A stretch of DNA of 63,393 nucleotides, counting the filler, from Octopus bimaculoides (taxonomy: Eukaryota), in NCBI RefSeq assembly GCF_001194135.2. It is 6 parts of 6 records of this genome, joined end to end, with 100 filler letters (N's around TTAATTAATTAA, not from the genome) between each part and the next. Parts side by side here need not be neighbours in the genome. Positions count along the whole stretch, not along the records: positions 28,637 to 40,065 come from NC_068982.1; positions 40,166 to 52,343 come from NC_069004.1; 4 more parts are not named here. The stretch is one strand, 5' to 3'. The notes beneath the pieces were generated by a model that ran no database searches, was not told the origin of the DNA, and saw only the letters and a program-made list of their open reading frames with translations. Of the stretch, positions 37,501-50,897 are shown in pieces (position 1 is the stretch's first letter; each line of letters opens with the position of its first letter). The translations under genes and the position numbers were made by a program.

Positions 37501-39276
37501 ATTGCAAGTGAAAGTGATGAATAAGTCAGGCCTGCCGTAATAGCGAACAAAGGTCATTGCATCCTGTCTTCTTTCATGCATATATCGGGGACTTCCAGTG
37601 AATGTGGAAGGTAAGATGCAAAGTCTTCCTATGCTTGTTGGAGAAGCATCATTGTTGATAGCATCTCGGAGACGGATGTAGCTGTCAGAGCGCAATTTTT
37701 GTTGATGTGATCTGATGAAACACAATCTCTCTGATTCCATTTTTGCGCACATATCAACTTCAAATTGATGAAACAGATCTCGAAACTGGTGGAGGTGATT
37801 ACAGGAGTTGTTTCGTGTCATAAATCGGTATGAGTAGAAGTCCATGCAGGATACTGGCTTGTTGAGATATTCATTACGATTTTGTGGATGTTGCTATGCT
37901 ATACCGATGTGGTAGCCATCCTCACCGTAAACAAACAGAAGTGGATACTGAAGTGTGTCGTATGATCTGTGTGTTTCTGTAATTCGTTGGAGGGTGGTGT
38001 CACGTCGCCTAAGGNNNNNNNNNNGTCGTATGATCTGTGTGTTTCTGTAATTCGTTGGAGGGTGGTGTCACGTCGCCTAAGGACAATGTCTCTGGGATTG
38101 TGCTGTTCACCGTGAAGGAGTACAGCTATTTCATTGCATGCGGGTGAATTGTAACGGCCTACATGTTCTGTAGATGGTCTTTTCTGAGCATCTATGATAA
38201 CATTGAAATTAGAAGAAGCTTCTGTTTCCAAGGCATACTTGAAGCTGCGTACGTAGCTGTTTGTCTGGTGCAGAAGATCTTGTAGTTGCATTATCAATTG
38301 AAATTTAGTGCCATTGGAAATGGAGTTTCGTCGGGTGGCTTGTTCATGTAAATTACCTACAAAGTACAGTTGAAGGAATTGAGGATCTTGATTTTCAGCA
38401 AGTTTGAGCGAGCCTATCCTATGGTAAACCTGTCCCTGAACTTCGAAATTTGGCATAAACCCACCTTCTTGAACAACATTAGCGCCGAAAGATGTCATTT
38501 GGAATGCACAGTTGTACTTGCGGATGTTATTTAGGAAATGTTTCTACTCTCTATTTGTGCCAACGTAGAGTGACTTTAACAGCTGTGGTGGATCCTGCAG
38601 CGGAGTGGGGTTAACTTTTCCATTAGCGCAAAACATAGCAGGAGTTTCTCTGGACCACTTATTATCATTGCAGAAAGAGCAAGTGATGGACATATCTCCA
38701 ATGTTTATATCTGAGTGGCCATCATAATGAAGGTTAGGGTTGTAGCTGAAAGCCTTTAATAACCATCGTGAGCTGCATGGCGTTGAAAATACTCGTCTAT
38801 GAGCTCTTTGTTGAATGGTACTCTGCAGCATAGAATGTCTCTGTTGTAATGTGTGGAAAGCTCGCACAGCAGCCATGTTGGCAGCATTCCTGAGCAGGCA
38901 TGTAGCGCGTTCGTTTTTTCTTCTCTGCAGCACGTGCAGCAGCAGTTGAGGCACAATCAGCACTTCGCCGAACTTTACGCTGGTATTGAGTCTCTGCAGC
39001 TTGTGCAGCAACAGTTGAGGCAACATCAGCACTTCGTCGTACTTGACGCTGGTGTTAAGTCTCTGCGGCTCGTGCATCAGCAGTTGAGGCAGCATCAGCA
39101 CTTCGTCGAAGTGTACGCTGGTGATCTGTTTGGAGTGTTCTTGAAGTGGTTGTACGTTCAGCATTTTGTGATCGTCTAATGTCAGTTTCCAACGACGATT
39201 CATTTGCCCTTCTTGCTGATGATGTTGCAGCTTTCGCAGTTTCGTGTCCAATTGAAGAAGTCTTTCTTCGGGGCAT
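34571..39276 (-). pseudogene. Decayed autonomous Helitron RepHel (HUH Rep + Pif1 helicase)
   Basis: Start MPRRKTSSIG. Rep motifs RPDLFITFTCNP, LPHAHVLLWL, KYVCKYVNKG. Helicase FLDALGGTGKT, ASSGIAATLL, WDEC, GDFGQTLPV, LCNGTRL, SINKSQGQT, FSHGQLYV; stop at 34571. Many frameshifts and stops. Confidence 0.95.
38925..39125 (-). repeat. Three ~69-bp (23-codon) tandem repeats in the Helitron N-terminus
   Basis: cagttgaggca..catcagcacttcg..acgctggt..agtctctgc x3, encoding QR.VRRSAD.AST.AARAAET-like units. Confidence 0.8.
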
Positions 39277-40065
39277 GATCTAAAATAAGCATGATGAAAT
39301 GCAGTGAGATACACTGTGAAGTATGAAATATTAATTGAATGGCTATTATGTAAGTGTAGATAATTTGCAAACTTGCAACTGCTGCGGTAATAATGAAGTG
39401 GTATTAGAACGGTAAATGTGTCCACTAACATGATGTTAGTGTTATGACATGAAAATGGCAATAGTTGTGAAAGGCACGGCGAGAGAAATGGTAATAGGAA
39501 AGGAGAAAGTCGTAATGAAATGTGTTGGGAAAGTTATCGTCTGTGTGGACATGAATTTTGGGTGTTGTTTGTCAATGCATGTCTGGTCTGCCGTATAGGG
39601 AAAGGGTTGTAGTAACGCAGCTGTCACTCTCCATCTTTCGGACTTATGCTTATAGGAAAGTTGGTTATACATCATTAGATGTATACCTGACTTTCCTATA
39701 TAAAATTAGAAATATAACGGAACGCTGAACTCCGACTATCAACTTAAACAACATTTATTCAGGTGGTAAATATATACATCTTTAGCTCTTGTTTGTTGTT
39801 ACAGCTTCTGTGTGTGTGAGCATTGTTGTTTGGACGTTTGGTATGTAGATGTAAGCGAGCTGTCGAGCGTAAGTTCGAAAGATGAAGAGAGACAGCTAAA
39901 CACGTAAAGAGACTGTCTCCAGAGTTGGAATGTTGGAGACACTGCTTGACACGTCCATGCTCATGGCCGGCTGACCGAGAAAGAGAGAGAATAGAAGCGG
40001 GAACGCTTGGTTGTTTAATTCCACGCATGCGTGAGACTACGCATGCGCACGGCGTTACTACACGC

Positions 40066-40165
40066 NNNNNNNNNNNNNNNNNNNNNNNNNNNNNNNNNNN
40101 NNNNNNNNNTTAATTAATTAANNNNNNNNNNNNNNNNNNNNNNNNNNNNNNNNNNNNNNNNNNNN
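40066..40165. other. Artificial scaffold join linker
   Basis: N44-TTAATTAATTAA-N44. Confidence 0.9.
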
Positions 40166-40224
<59 letters not shown>

Positions 40225-40734
40225 GGGTGGCGTGGTTTGTGGCCTAAATTTCTTCTCAACTGGTGGTATTGTCGTGCTATATATACACACAAACTAACTC
40301 TGCAGCTATAGGACAATATATATAAATAAACGATAAGAGAAACTACTCAATTCACACAAACATGGTACGGCATATATATAAATACCTTTATATATGTACT
40401 TGTTTAAACATATACATACACACACTCACAAATACACTCACGCATACATATATATACATGTATATACATGTATATGAATATATGTAAGTATATATGTGTA
40501 TATATAGGTAGACATATATAGATAATACACAAGGATACGTATTCTTATACACGTAGATACATGCATACATCCTTATGTATGTGTTTATGTATTGTATGTG
40601 TGTGTGTGTATATGTGTGTATGTATGCGCGAGACATAGCTAGAGAGAAAGATAGATAGATAATGTACTCTGTGTACACACACACATACACATATGTGTAT
40701 ATATATATATATATTGAGAGAGATATATACACAA

Positions 40735-40788
<54 letters not shown>

Positions 40789-41744
40789 ATATATATTTAT
40801 ATATACATATATGATATATTATATAACACATATATATACATATATATGTATATATATATATATATANNNNNNNNNNNNNNNNNNNNNNNNNNNNNNNNNN
40901 NNNNNNNNNNNNNNNNNNNNNNNNNNNNNNNNNNNNNNNNNNNNNNNNNNNNNNNNNNNNNNNNNNNNNNNNNNNNNNNNNNNNNNNNNNNNNNNNNNNN
41001 NNNNNNNNNNNNNNNNNNNNNNNNNNNNNNNNNNNNNNNNNNNNNNNNNNNNNNNNNNNNNNNNNNNNNNNNNNNNNNNNNNNNNNNNNNNNNNNNNNNN
41101 NNNNNNNNNNNNNNNNNNNNNNNNNNNNNNNNNNNNNNNNNNNNNNNNNNNNNNNNNNNNNNNNNNNNNNNNNNNNNNNNNNNNNNNNNNNNNNNNNNNN
41201 NNNNNNNNNNNNNNNNNNNNNNNNNNNNNNNNNNNNNNNNNNNNNNNNNNNNNNNNNNNNNNNNNNNNNNNNNNNNNNNNNNNNNNNNNNNNNNNNNNNN
41301 NNNNNNNNNNNNNNNNNNNNNNNNNNNNNNNNNNNNNNNNNNNNNNNNNNNNNNNNNNNNNNNNNNNNNNNNNNNNNNNNNNNNNNNNNNNNNNNNNNNN
41401 NNNNNNNNNNNNNNNNNNNNNNNNNNNNNNNNNNNNNNNNNNNNNNNNNNNNNNNNNNNNNNNNNNNNNNNNNNNNNNNNNNNNNNNNNNNNNNNNNNNN
41501 NNNNNNNNNNNNNNNNNNNNNNNNNNNNNNNNNNNNNNNNNNNNNNNNNNNNNNNNNNNNNNNNNNNNNNNNNNNNNNNNNNNNNNNNNNNNNNNNNNNN
41601 NNNNNNNNNNNNNNNNNNNNNNNNNNNNNNNNNNNNNNNNNNNNNNNNNNNNNNNNNNNNNNNNNNNNNNNNNNNNNNNNNNNNNNNNNNNNNNNNNNNN
41701 NNNNNNNNNNNNNNNNNNNNNNNNNNNNNNNNNNNNNNNNNNNN

Positions 41745-41794
<50 letters not shown>

Positions 41795-41954
41795 CACATA
41801 CACACATTATATATATCTATCTATCAAACACACTCACACACATACACACATTATATATATATATATATATAAAATATACACACCGAAGTTGGCACATAAA
41901 TGTGAAACAAGGTGGAAGAAAAGAGTACTCAAATACCAGAGGTAGAGCAATATG

Positions 41955-42020
41955 CTTTATTTAAAAACAGCAGAAATATAACAAAAGCTTTTGTTATATT
42001 TCTGCTACTTTTAAATAAAG
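41955..42020. repeat. Loopless near-perfect palindrome at the edge of a dispersed repeat
   Basis: agcagaaatataacaaaag|cttttgttatatttctgct (19+19 perfect), extended by ctttatttaaaa/ttttaaataaag. Confidence 0.85.
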
Positions 42021-43116
42021 TATATATATGTACATACCTGCATATATATGTATATATACATGCATATATGGCTACAGGACATCAAAGAACGTAGACAAAA
42101 GGAGAAACGAGAACATACAAAACAAAAACATAGAAAACGAACTTTCTTTCGAACAACGAAAAAAAACAGAGAAACGAGACATGCAACATAAAGAACATTT
42201 CCTTTATCAGTTGTCCCCTGATTTATCTACTCCGCGTTTCGAAGGTAAGGACAAGACGCGACTTTGTTAAAACAGTCCTTCCCGCAAAGCAAATTAAATA
42301 AAATTTAGGATTTTTTGCGGAGGGTGAAAGTGGTTACAAAAATAGGACAGTGAGAACAAAACAGTAAAAACAAACGGTGAGGGATGTTAAGCCAAGACAA
42401 TGTGAAGTTGTGAACGCTGGCAAAACGAGCTTTGAGAAGAGACAGATAAAAGTGGAAGAAAGAAGGATGGATGGCCGTTGGTCACGTGTGAGCAACGAGA
42501 GAGTCAAGGGGGAAGATATATAGGCAAACAAAAACAAAAACTATGTAAAGGGCACGGATACAGACAATATAGCAAGCAAACCCATATAAACACACAAACA
42601 CACATACAGTAACTTCACGAGCGGCTGCTACAACAACACAAACAGCAACAGCATCACAACCAATAACAAGAAGAGCAACAACAACCACAATGGCAGCGGC
42701 GGGAACGAACACACAGACACAGAGGGATACGAGAACAAGATCGAGAGTAAGGCTCAAGCACACATGCCAAACACATAGACACTCATATGCACACACACGC
42801 TCGCAGTCGAAGGATCGCGGTTTCGATTCCTAGACCGGGCTTTGTGAGTGTTTATTGAGCGACAACATATAAAACTCCACGAGGTTCCTGCAGCCAANNN
42901 NNNNNNNTGCTACGGTGGATTATTTAAGACTTGGCTCTTATTTCTAGCAGGTAGATGCTCATTAAGCATCATTACGATATTTCATAGCTCCTTAAAGCTA
43001 TCATAACTGCGTTCCACCAATGCTACTACTGGTGATATCATCAAATTTTGGATTTATCCACAGATGATATGAACAGTAGTGACATCTAACTTCAAATCTC
43101 AGTGTTTGAATATTTC

Positions 43117-43167
<51 letters not shown>

Positions 43168-44029
43168 TATAGATATAGATATATACATACATGCATGCAT
43201 GCATACATACATACATACATAGATACAGGCTGGCGCACGAAAATGTAGCCCGGGTTCCGTAGCATAGGATTAATAGAGACACACGCAACACCACCCAGCC
43301 CATTGTGTTACAAGTGTCATCGTGTTATTTCGACCACTTGTAACTTCTATTCAGAAGCCGTGTGCAAAAATTTATACTCGTTTGCTCTTGTCATCCACTT
43401 TTAATTGCTGTACACATGTGAAATGATATGGCTTCAACTCTAGACTTTTCAACATCCGGTGGCGTGACCTTCTGCTTATGTGTGACTGTTGTGCAAATTT
43501 ATGTTGTTGACTTCTTTGAACTTTGAGTAATCCTTTGGCGAAAGCCCTCAATAACTTCTGGCGTTCGAACTGTAGGATTTCTTTGTTTCGGAATCGATAA
43601 ATTAAGTAAGACTGAAACACAGGGAGTCAATAAAATGGACTAGCTCCCTCTCACAAAATTTCAGGCCTTGTATGCCTTTGGTGGAAAGGATTATTTATTC
43701 CCCATTACATATGTTTCATTTGTCGATAGGACTTACAAGATTGTACATGAAGTAGAAAACATATAAGATATCTCCAATTAGAAATTCTTCTGACAGCGAA
43801 TCAAATATTATTTTGTATTAACTGATTCTCTGTCTGAAGAGGTTCTAATAGCGGATAGCTTACATGTTTCTCCTACATGTACGATTTTGCAACTCTTATT
43901 AGTAAATGAAACACGTGTAGTGTTGAATAAATAATACCAACATTTTTGTTACCAGTTTCCTATTTTGCAATTATTGCTCGACAGAAAATATTTCCCAGAA
44001 TTTTCAACTTTGATGCAGACCTCACATAC

Positions 44030-44285
44030 TGGAGGCGCGTGGCTTAGTGGTAGGAGTGTCAGCACCATGATCGTATGATTGTAGTTTCGATTCCTGGACC
44101 GGGCGACGCGTTGTGTTCTTGAGCAAAACACTTCATTTCACGTTGCTCCAGTCCACTCAGCTGGCAAAAATGAGTAACGCTGCCATGGACTGGCGTCCCG
44201 TCCAGCTGGGGGGAACACATACGCCATTGAAACCGGGAAACCGGGCCCATGAGCCTGGCTAGGCTTTAAAAGGGCGCATTAAAAA
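44030..44285 (+). mobile_element. tRNA-type SINE (second family)
   Basis: gtggcttagtggtagg (A box), gtttcgattcct (B box), gagcaaaacacttcatttcacgttgctccagtccactcagctgg; relatives at ~53160-53400, 53690-53990 and 58080-58400. Confidence 0.75.
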
Positions 44286-44534
44286 ATTATTCACATACTG
44301 GAATAAGCAGATGTTCTTTAAGAGGACNNNNNNNNNNNNNNNNNNNNNNNNNNNNNNNNNNNNNNNNNNNNNNNNNNNNNNNNNNNNNNNNNNNNNNNNN
44401 NNNNNNNNNNNNNNNNNNNNNNNNNNNNNNNNNNNNNNNNNNNNNNNNNNNNNNNNNNNNNNNNNNNNNNNNNNNNNNNNNNNNNNNNNNNNNNNNNNNN
44501 NNNNNNNNNNNNNNNNNNNNNNNNNNNNNNNNNN

Positions 44535-44567
<33 letters not shown>

Positions 44568-45063
44568 TATATATTGCACTGTGTAACAAAATTTTAATTT
44601 GCTTTTGTCTTAGGACAGTAAGTGTTATTTCCTACTTGCTTCTATCTAGAAATCAAAGGAAATGACAGCTATTCCCGTCAAACTTTGCTTTTGTGACCTT
44701 GGGCGTTAATGCTTTCAAATTGACCTATTTTTCATTACATTTTAGACACATTCTGCGCTGTGTTGCTGAAGCGGAAATATCGTTATAGCTAATATTCTGC
44801 TCAGTACCACAGATTTTCTTGTCAGTTGCTTGACCTTAACCACTTGAGCCTGTTCCTTAGTGGCTAACAATATGTGCATCTCTGATCATGAGCAGGAGTA
44901 GTGGGGGAGCATCATAGTCATGTGTTGAGAGAGGTTCTTTGGGGTTCGAATAAATGTAACAAAAGTCGAAGAAAATATTAACCATTTATGGTACTTTCTA
45001 GGAGTAAGCATACAGGAAGCAACAGTTGCTACGCAAGGACAAGAATCGCGTCACACAATGTTT

Positions 45064-45103
<40 letters not shown>

Positions 45104-45304
45104 TGAACAGGTCACGGTTTCAAAGCGACGAAAATATTTTGATACAGATTAAATTTAAATGTTGAAGTGAATCTAACGGTTTTTGTGTGTTTTTAAATGG
45201 CTTACTAACATCTTCCACGCTGCAATTGTTTTTGTTTCAGCACACGATTTCAGATCAAGTCACTTACTATGCAAGTATATCTTCGTAATATATAAATATA
45301 TATA

Positions 45305-45890
45305 ATACATACATACATACATTCATGCATATATGCATGCGTACATACATACATACATACATACACACATACATACATACATACATACACACATACATAC
45401 ATACATACATACATACATACATACACACATACATACATACATACATACACATACATACATACATACACACATACATACATACATACATACATACATACAC
45501 ACATACATACATACATACACACATACATACACACATACACACATACATACATACATACACACATACATACATACTTACATACATACATACATACACACAT
45601 ACATACATACATACATACATACACACATACATACATACATACATACATACATACATACATACATACATACATACATACACACATACATACATACATACAT
45701 ACACATACATACATACATACACACATACACACATACACACATACACACATACATACATACACACATACACACATACATACATACATACATACATACACAC
45801 ATACATACACACACACATACATACATACATACACATACATACATACACACATACATACATACTTACATACATACATACATACATATAAAT
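45305..45890. repeat. ~590-bp (ATAC)n/(ACAT)n microsatellite with AC interruptions
   Basis: Directly visible; it is the source of the spurious YVCM/HTYI ORFs. Confidence 0.95.
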
Positions 45891-46186
45891 ACATATGATG
45901 TTGGGGATGATGACGGCTTCATTTCGACATACGATAGCCTCCTCGAACACGCTCTTCGTCGTAGCTATAATCTCTACGACGATCCTGTCTTCTGAGATGA
46001 TTCTTCGTTGCCGTTCTTCCAGTGCTACAAAAGTTTCACAGAGAGGCAAGATGAACCAGATGGAATCAGGACATCCGTAAGTCATTGGATTAAAGTGGCA
46101 GCACGTGTACAACACGTGCTCTACTCTCTAACCATCGGTAACAGGGGGTCGAACGACACACATTGCAAGCTGATTATCAGCTGCAC

Positions 46187-47276
46187 CAGGGGTTCTCAGC
46201 CATTTTTTAATTTAATCTCTGAACTCTTTGATTACTATTTTATTTTGGTGGACTCCCCAAGCCATTGGGTTTAAAAACTAGTTCTATAGATACTTCTTTC
46301 AAATTTCCTATTTCGTTTTGCACACATTCCCTTGTGTAGGTTGATGAACTACGTAAAATGTTAGAGAAAGAAACTCAGCTGTTTCTTGCAATACATACCA
46401 ATATATACATCAAAAGCAAAAGGTTTTTCAGGAGCCTTTAGAATACTATTATAGAGGCGCAGGCGTGGCTCTGTGGTAAGAATCTTTTTTCTCAACCACA
46501 TGGTTCCGGGTTCAGTCCCACTGCGTGGCACCTTGGGCTGGGTGTCTTCCACTGTAGCCTCGAGCCGACCAAAGCCTTGTGAGTGGATTTGGTAGAAGGA
46601 AACTGAAAGAAGCCTGTCGTATATATNNNNNNNNNNNNNNNNNNNNNNNNNNNNNNNNNNNNNNNNNNNNNNNNNNNNNNNNNNNNNNNNNNNNNNNNNN
46701 NNNNNNNNNNNNNNNNNNNNNNNNNNNNNNNNNNNNNNNNNNNNNNNNNNNNNNNNNNNNNNNNNNNNNNNNNNNNNNNNNNNNNNNNNNNNNNNNNNNN
46801 NNNNNNNNNNNNNNNNNNNNNNNNNNNNNNNNNNNNNNNNNNNNNNNNNNTTGAATGGCACAACGATGCACTATAATAACAATAATAATAATAATTGTTA
46901 TAATTTAATCATCCAAATTCTGTTATAATATTTCAGAATACAAAAATTCCTTCTTCAGATATCCCTAGGAAGCGTCTCTGCAGTGGTCTCACGAAGCTCC
47001 TTCCGGATTTCCTCAGGAGAAGTGCGTGAAGGTGGCCATGTCTCAAACTCGTGTGTGCTGGCACATCCGTAACGCTGCTTCTAAGTTATGTATTATACAT
47101 GCAGTTTCCTTTTTTTCTTCTTCTTTCTTTTACTTTATAAATAATACATGAGCATGTTTTCAAAAAATGAACCTGCAATTTACTATTTCGTTTCGTGGAC
47201 CTCCCACCCCATCCCTGACGCCCAAAATTTTATATGGGCTCTTAGGGGGCGTTTGGGCCCCGGTTGAGAACCACTG
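46187..47276 (+). mobile_element. hAT (Charlie-like) deletion derivative with a nested SINE
   Basis: Termini CAGGGGTTCTCA...TGAGAACCACTG; nested SINE at ~46450-46625. A weak hAT C-terminus-like frame (VKVAMSQTR) lies at ~47030. No clear 8-bp TSD. Confidence 0.5.
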
Positions 47277-47626
47277 AACTACGACAACTGCAGGTTTCAT
47301 TTCAGCTTGTGCTCTTTGAGACATTTTACACCAAAGAATACCTACGAGTCAGCAGGGATTTGAAAAGAAACACAACTACATACAACTGGATGACTGTTGA
47401 CTCTCATCAGTTCATCCGATCCTAAACGGACCTTGTTGTTTGTAGTTTTGTTTTTGTTTTGTATTTTATCCTCCAGGCGTATCCCCGAAGTCCTCCTGCT
47501 CACCAAGCCCGCTTGGTGGTAGGCTTGCCATTTTAGTCGCCGACGAACCGAGCAGGCAACAGGTTGTTCTGACATGTTTGCAGTAACACTTGAAGAATGA
47601 CCTGACATTAATGCGTGTGTGTGGGT

Positions 47627-47657
<31 letters not shown>

Positions 47658-47869
47658 ACGTACTTATTACATACACACGCGCGCGCACACATGTATATAT
47701 ATATATATATCATATCATATCATATAGATGTGTGAGTGCATTTTATGGTGTACGCACATATAAATCACTATACATATATGTCCGTATTNNNNNNNNNNNN
47801 NNNNNNNNNNNNNNNNNNNNNNNNAGGTTCGTTCCAACAGTTTTAAGGTAGATTATTGTAATCTTAGTA

Positions 47870-48790
47870 TATATATCTAATAAGCTGACCTGCCAAATTT
47901 GTTATTCCAGATCGAAGAAGACAGCTGTGACAACACTTTGAAGACACGCTCTACTAAACACTGTTTGTCACAGCTGACTAGTTTGTAGAATGCAATCGGA
48001 ACGCGAAAACAATTTGGAAGCTCGTTATGCAATAAAGTCTTGTGTTTCACAGGGCAAAAATGCCAGAGAAACTTATGAAACACTGCAGACTGGTCATGGA
48101 TTAACTTTTTCGCTGGCACAAGAGATTTAAGAACAGTTGAGAGTAAGTAAGAGGCGATGAGAAGTGTGGGAGGGAGAAGGATGTGAGACCGGTTTGTGTC
48201 TAGAAAGACAAAGATCCAGTTTGGAGTTGGTGTGGAAATCGTACACAAAATTATTCATGAGGAACTGAACACGCACGAAAATTTGTGCAAAGTTTGTTCC
48301 ATGGCTGTTCAGCAATGAGCGTCCTGGTGACCAACTACTTGACATAGATGGGCCTCAGGGGCGGATCCAGTTGGGGGGGGGGGGGGTAATGAGCACGGTC
48401 TTCCCTCAAGAAAAGAAATGCGCCCTTCTAAATAACGTTACTAAGCTCTTTTCTCCTGTAATTGTATTCCCTTCTGACCTTGTGTCCTCCCTAGGGCCTC
48501 AAAACTGTCCCTCATCGTCCTTACAGTCTAGATCCCGCTTCCTATGACTTTTGGTACCCCCCCCCCACAAGCTCAAGAACCTCAGGTACAGTCAATGAAA
48601 TTGGCTTTGACAAGGGGCCTAAACACCTTTACTTCGGAGGGCTTCCATGGGACCACCTCACAAAGTGAGCTCCACAACAAGTCAGAGAATCTTATTTCGA
48701 AGGAGATTAGAGTTTTACACTTCATTGAAATTAATAAATGTCTCCCACGAAAAAAAATCTGAAAACTTCTGGAATGTACCTTGTGTTTGC
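47870..48790 (+). mobile_element. Mariner deletion derivative interrupted by a small GC-rich MITE (~48357-48543)
   Basis: LEARYAIKSCVSQGKNARETYETL resembles a mariner N-terminal HTH; AKFVP resembles WVPR. The insert has ggggcggatccag/ctagatcccgcttcct inverted ends. Confidence 0.55.
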
Positions 48791-49317
48791 ATAGAGTATT
48801 CTAAATGTTGTTTATAAACTCCGTCTTTTCGTTGTAGCTGAGTTTTGTCACTTGTTTAAGAAAAAGAGCAATACAAAAAAAAGATATGTGAAATTGAGAC
48901 GAATTAGAAAGTAAAATATGAAAAAGAAAAGAGTAACAAAAAATAAAATAAGGAAAATAAGAAAAAGACGACGACGACGAAGTGTAAATAAGAGTCTTTT
49001 GAGGAAAGTATCCAGGGTGTGGTGTTCAATACACAAAATACTGAAGTATACGGGCGTCTCTCAAGTGCGGAGTGACTCACCTATGACGTCATTGTAAGCT
49101 GGCGTTATCGTTGGTCGACAGTATGGGAAGTTACGGCGATAACAATGTCAGAATTGTGTGTGTGTGTGTGTGTGCGTGCGTGTGTGTGTGTGTGTGTGTG
49201 TGTGCGTGTGTGTGTGTGTGTGTGTGTCTGTGTGCGTGCGTGTATGTGCGTGTGTGTGTGTGTTTATATATATATATATATAAACATACACACATACGCA
49301 CACACACACACACACAT

Positions 49318-49352
<35 letters not shown>

Positions 49353-49441
49353 ATACAAAAGAGAAAGAGAAGGAGACATAAGATAATATATATTTATAAA
49401 CAAGTATGGAAATGTATATATATATATATTTATACATACTC

Positions 49442-49487
<46 letters not shown>

Positions 49488-49936
49488 TACATATACTTAC
49501 GCATGTATATGTATGTGCGGATGTATGTAGGTATGTATGTGTCAATCCCGCACATACAGATGTATGACTACAAAGAGCAGTGTAGATATTCGGGAGGTTA
49601 TACACACAGGGAAAAAGCGGGAAAAAAAGGAAGAGTTAAGAAAACTTTGTAGCGTTGTGTTGATAGAGATGTAAAAATCTATTTTTACAGCTTAAACACA
49701 CACCCACCCACACACACACACACATAGTAATATACACACGTATGTATAAACACACACATACCTATGTTTTTGATATAAATATATGTATGTATGTATGTAT
49801 GTAAATATATACATGTGTGTGTAAGTGTGTATGTATGTGTGTATACAAATTCAACAATATTCGCGCATGGACATACAAATGCACATATACATACAAGCTT
49901 ACATACATATACATACACATACATATGTATACATAA

Positions 49937-49972
<36 letters not shown>

Positions 49973-50232
49973 ATATAAATGTATAATTTAGAGAAAAGAA
50001 CCAAAGTTCATGAACCCATCCATGAAAATCCAGTCACATAGAAAAAATTAATAAATACACTAAAAAGAAGTATAATAAACTGCAAAGTAAAAATCATAAA
50101 ATAATAATAATAAAACGACTACACGTGTTTCATAACCAAATTTTTCAAATAGAAAATAAAATATAATCAAATCGATTAAATCGATCGAAAATAAATTCTA
50201 TTCAAAAATATAGCTAATCTTCATACATACAT

Positions 50233-50266
<34 letters not shown>

Positions 50267-50659
50267 AACATATATATACACACACATATATATACACATA
50301 TATACACACACATATATATATATATAATAATATAAATAGTATATATATATATGCATATATACATACATATATGTACAAGCTTACATCTATACGTATATAT
50401 ACGTGGACACAGGACGTCACGAAACGTGTACAACAAAAATATACGAAGTACGAGTACATGGAATATGAACTGTTCTTTCGAACAACGAAAGACACAAATG
50501 GAAAACAAGACAAGCAACATAATGAATGACCCTTCATCAGTTGGCTGTTTTTCTAGTCTCGTATTTCGAGCATTTAACAACAATATACGCTTTCTATAAA
50601 ACAGTTGCTCCCGTAAAGAAATTAAATAAAATTTGGGATATATATATATCGTAAGATTG

Positions 50660-50897
50660 ACCGTTATGTCAACCTTCTCGAGGAATGTGAAGACGCAGGC
50701 TGGAAAGCGGAGCATTTTCCAGTTGAAGTCGGGCTTAGAGGATTTGTTGGTTACAGTGTGAGGCGACTGTTATTATCGTTAAGCCTAACTCATCGTAAAG
50801 TAAATAATACCATGACCGATTTCCAAACAACAGTGGAAAAGTCTAGCCACTGGATTTGGTTTAAAAGAGAGGATGAGCGATGTCTAGAAGAATATTG
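50660..50897 (+). mobile_element. Hero-clade (restriction-like endonuclease) LINE 3' end
   Basis: RYVNLLEECEDAGWKAEHFPVEVGLRGFVG...VEKSSHWIWFKRED*. Confidence 0.75.

Noticed and set aside
37960-38085. Direct repeat on both sides of a 10-N gap inside the Helitron
   Set aside because: Typical unmerged contig overlap, not a biological duplication.
34571-39276. Idea that the OTUB1 exons are a Helitron-captured OTU domain
   Set aside because: The exons are 20 kb away, in another assembly segment, have normal introns and are otubain-type.
42195-42250. GAAAC...GUA...CUGAUAA on the minus strand (and GAAA...CUGAUGA at 50530-50570) as permuted hammerheads
   Set aside because: Core halves are in permuted order, but I could not form stem I and the cores are mutated. 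Not called, though a covariance search of this family is worthwhile.
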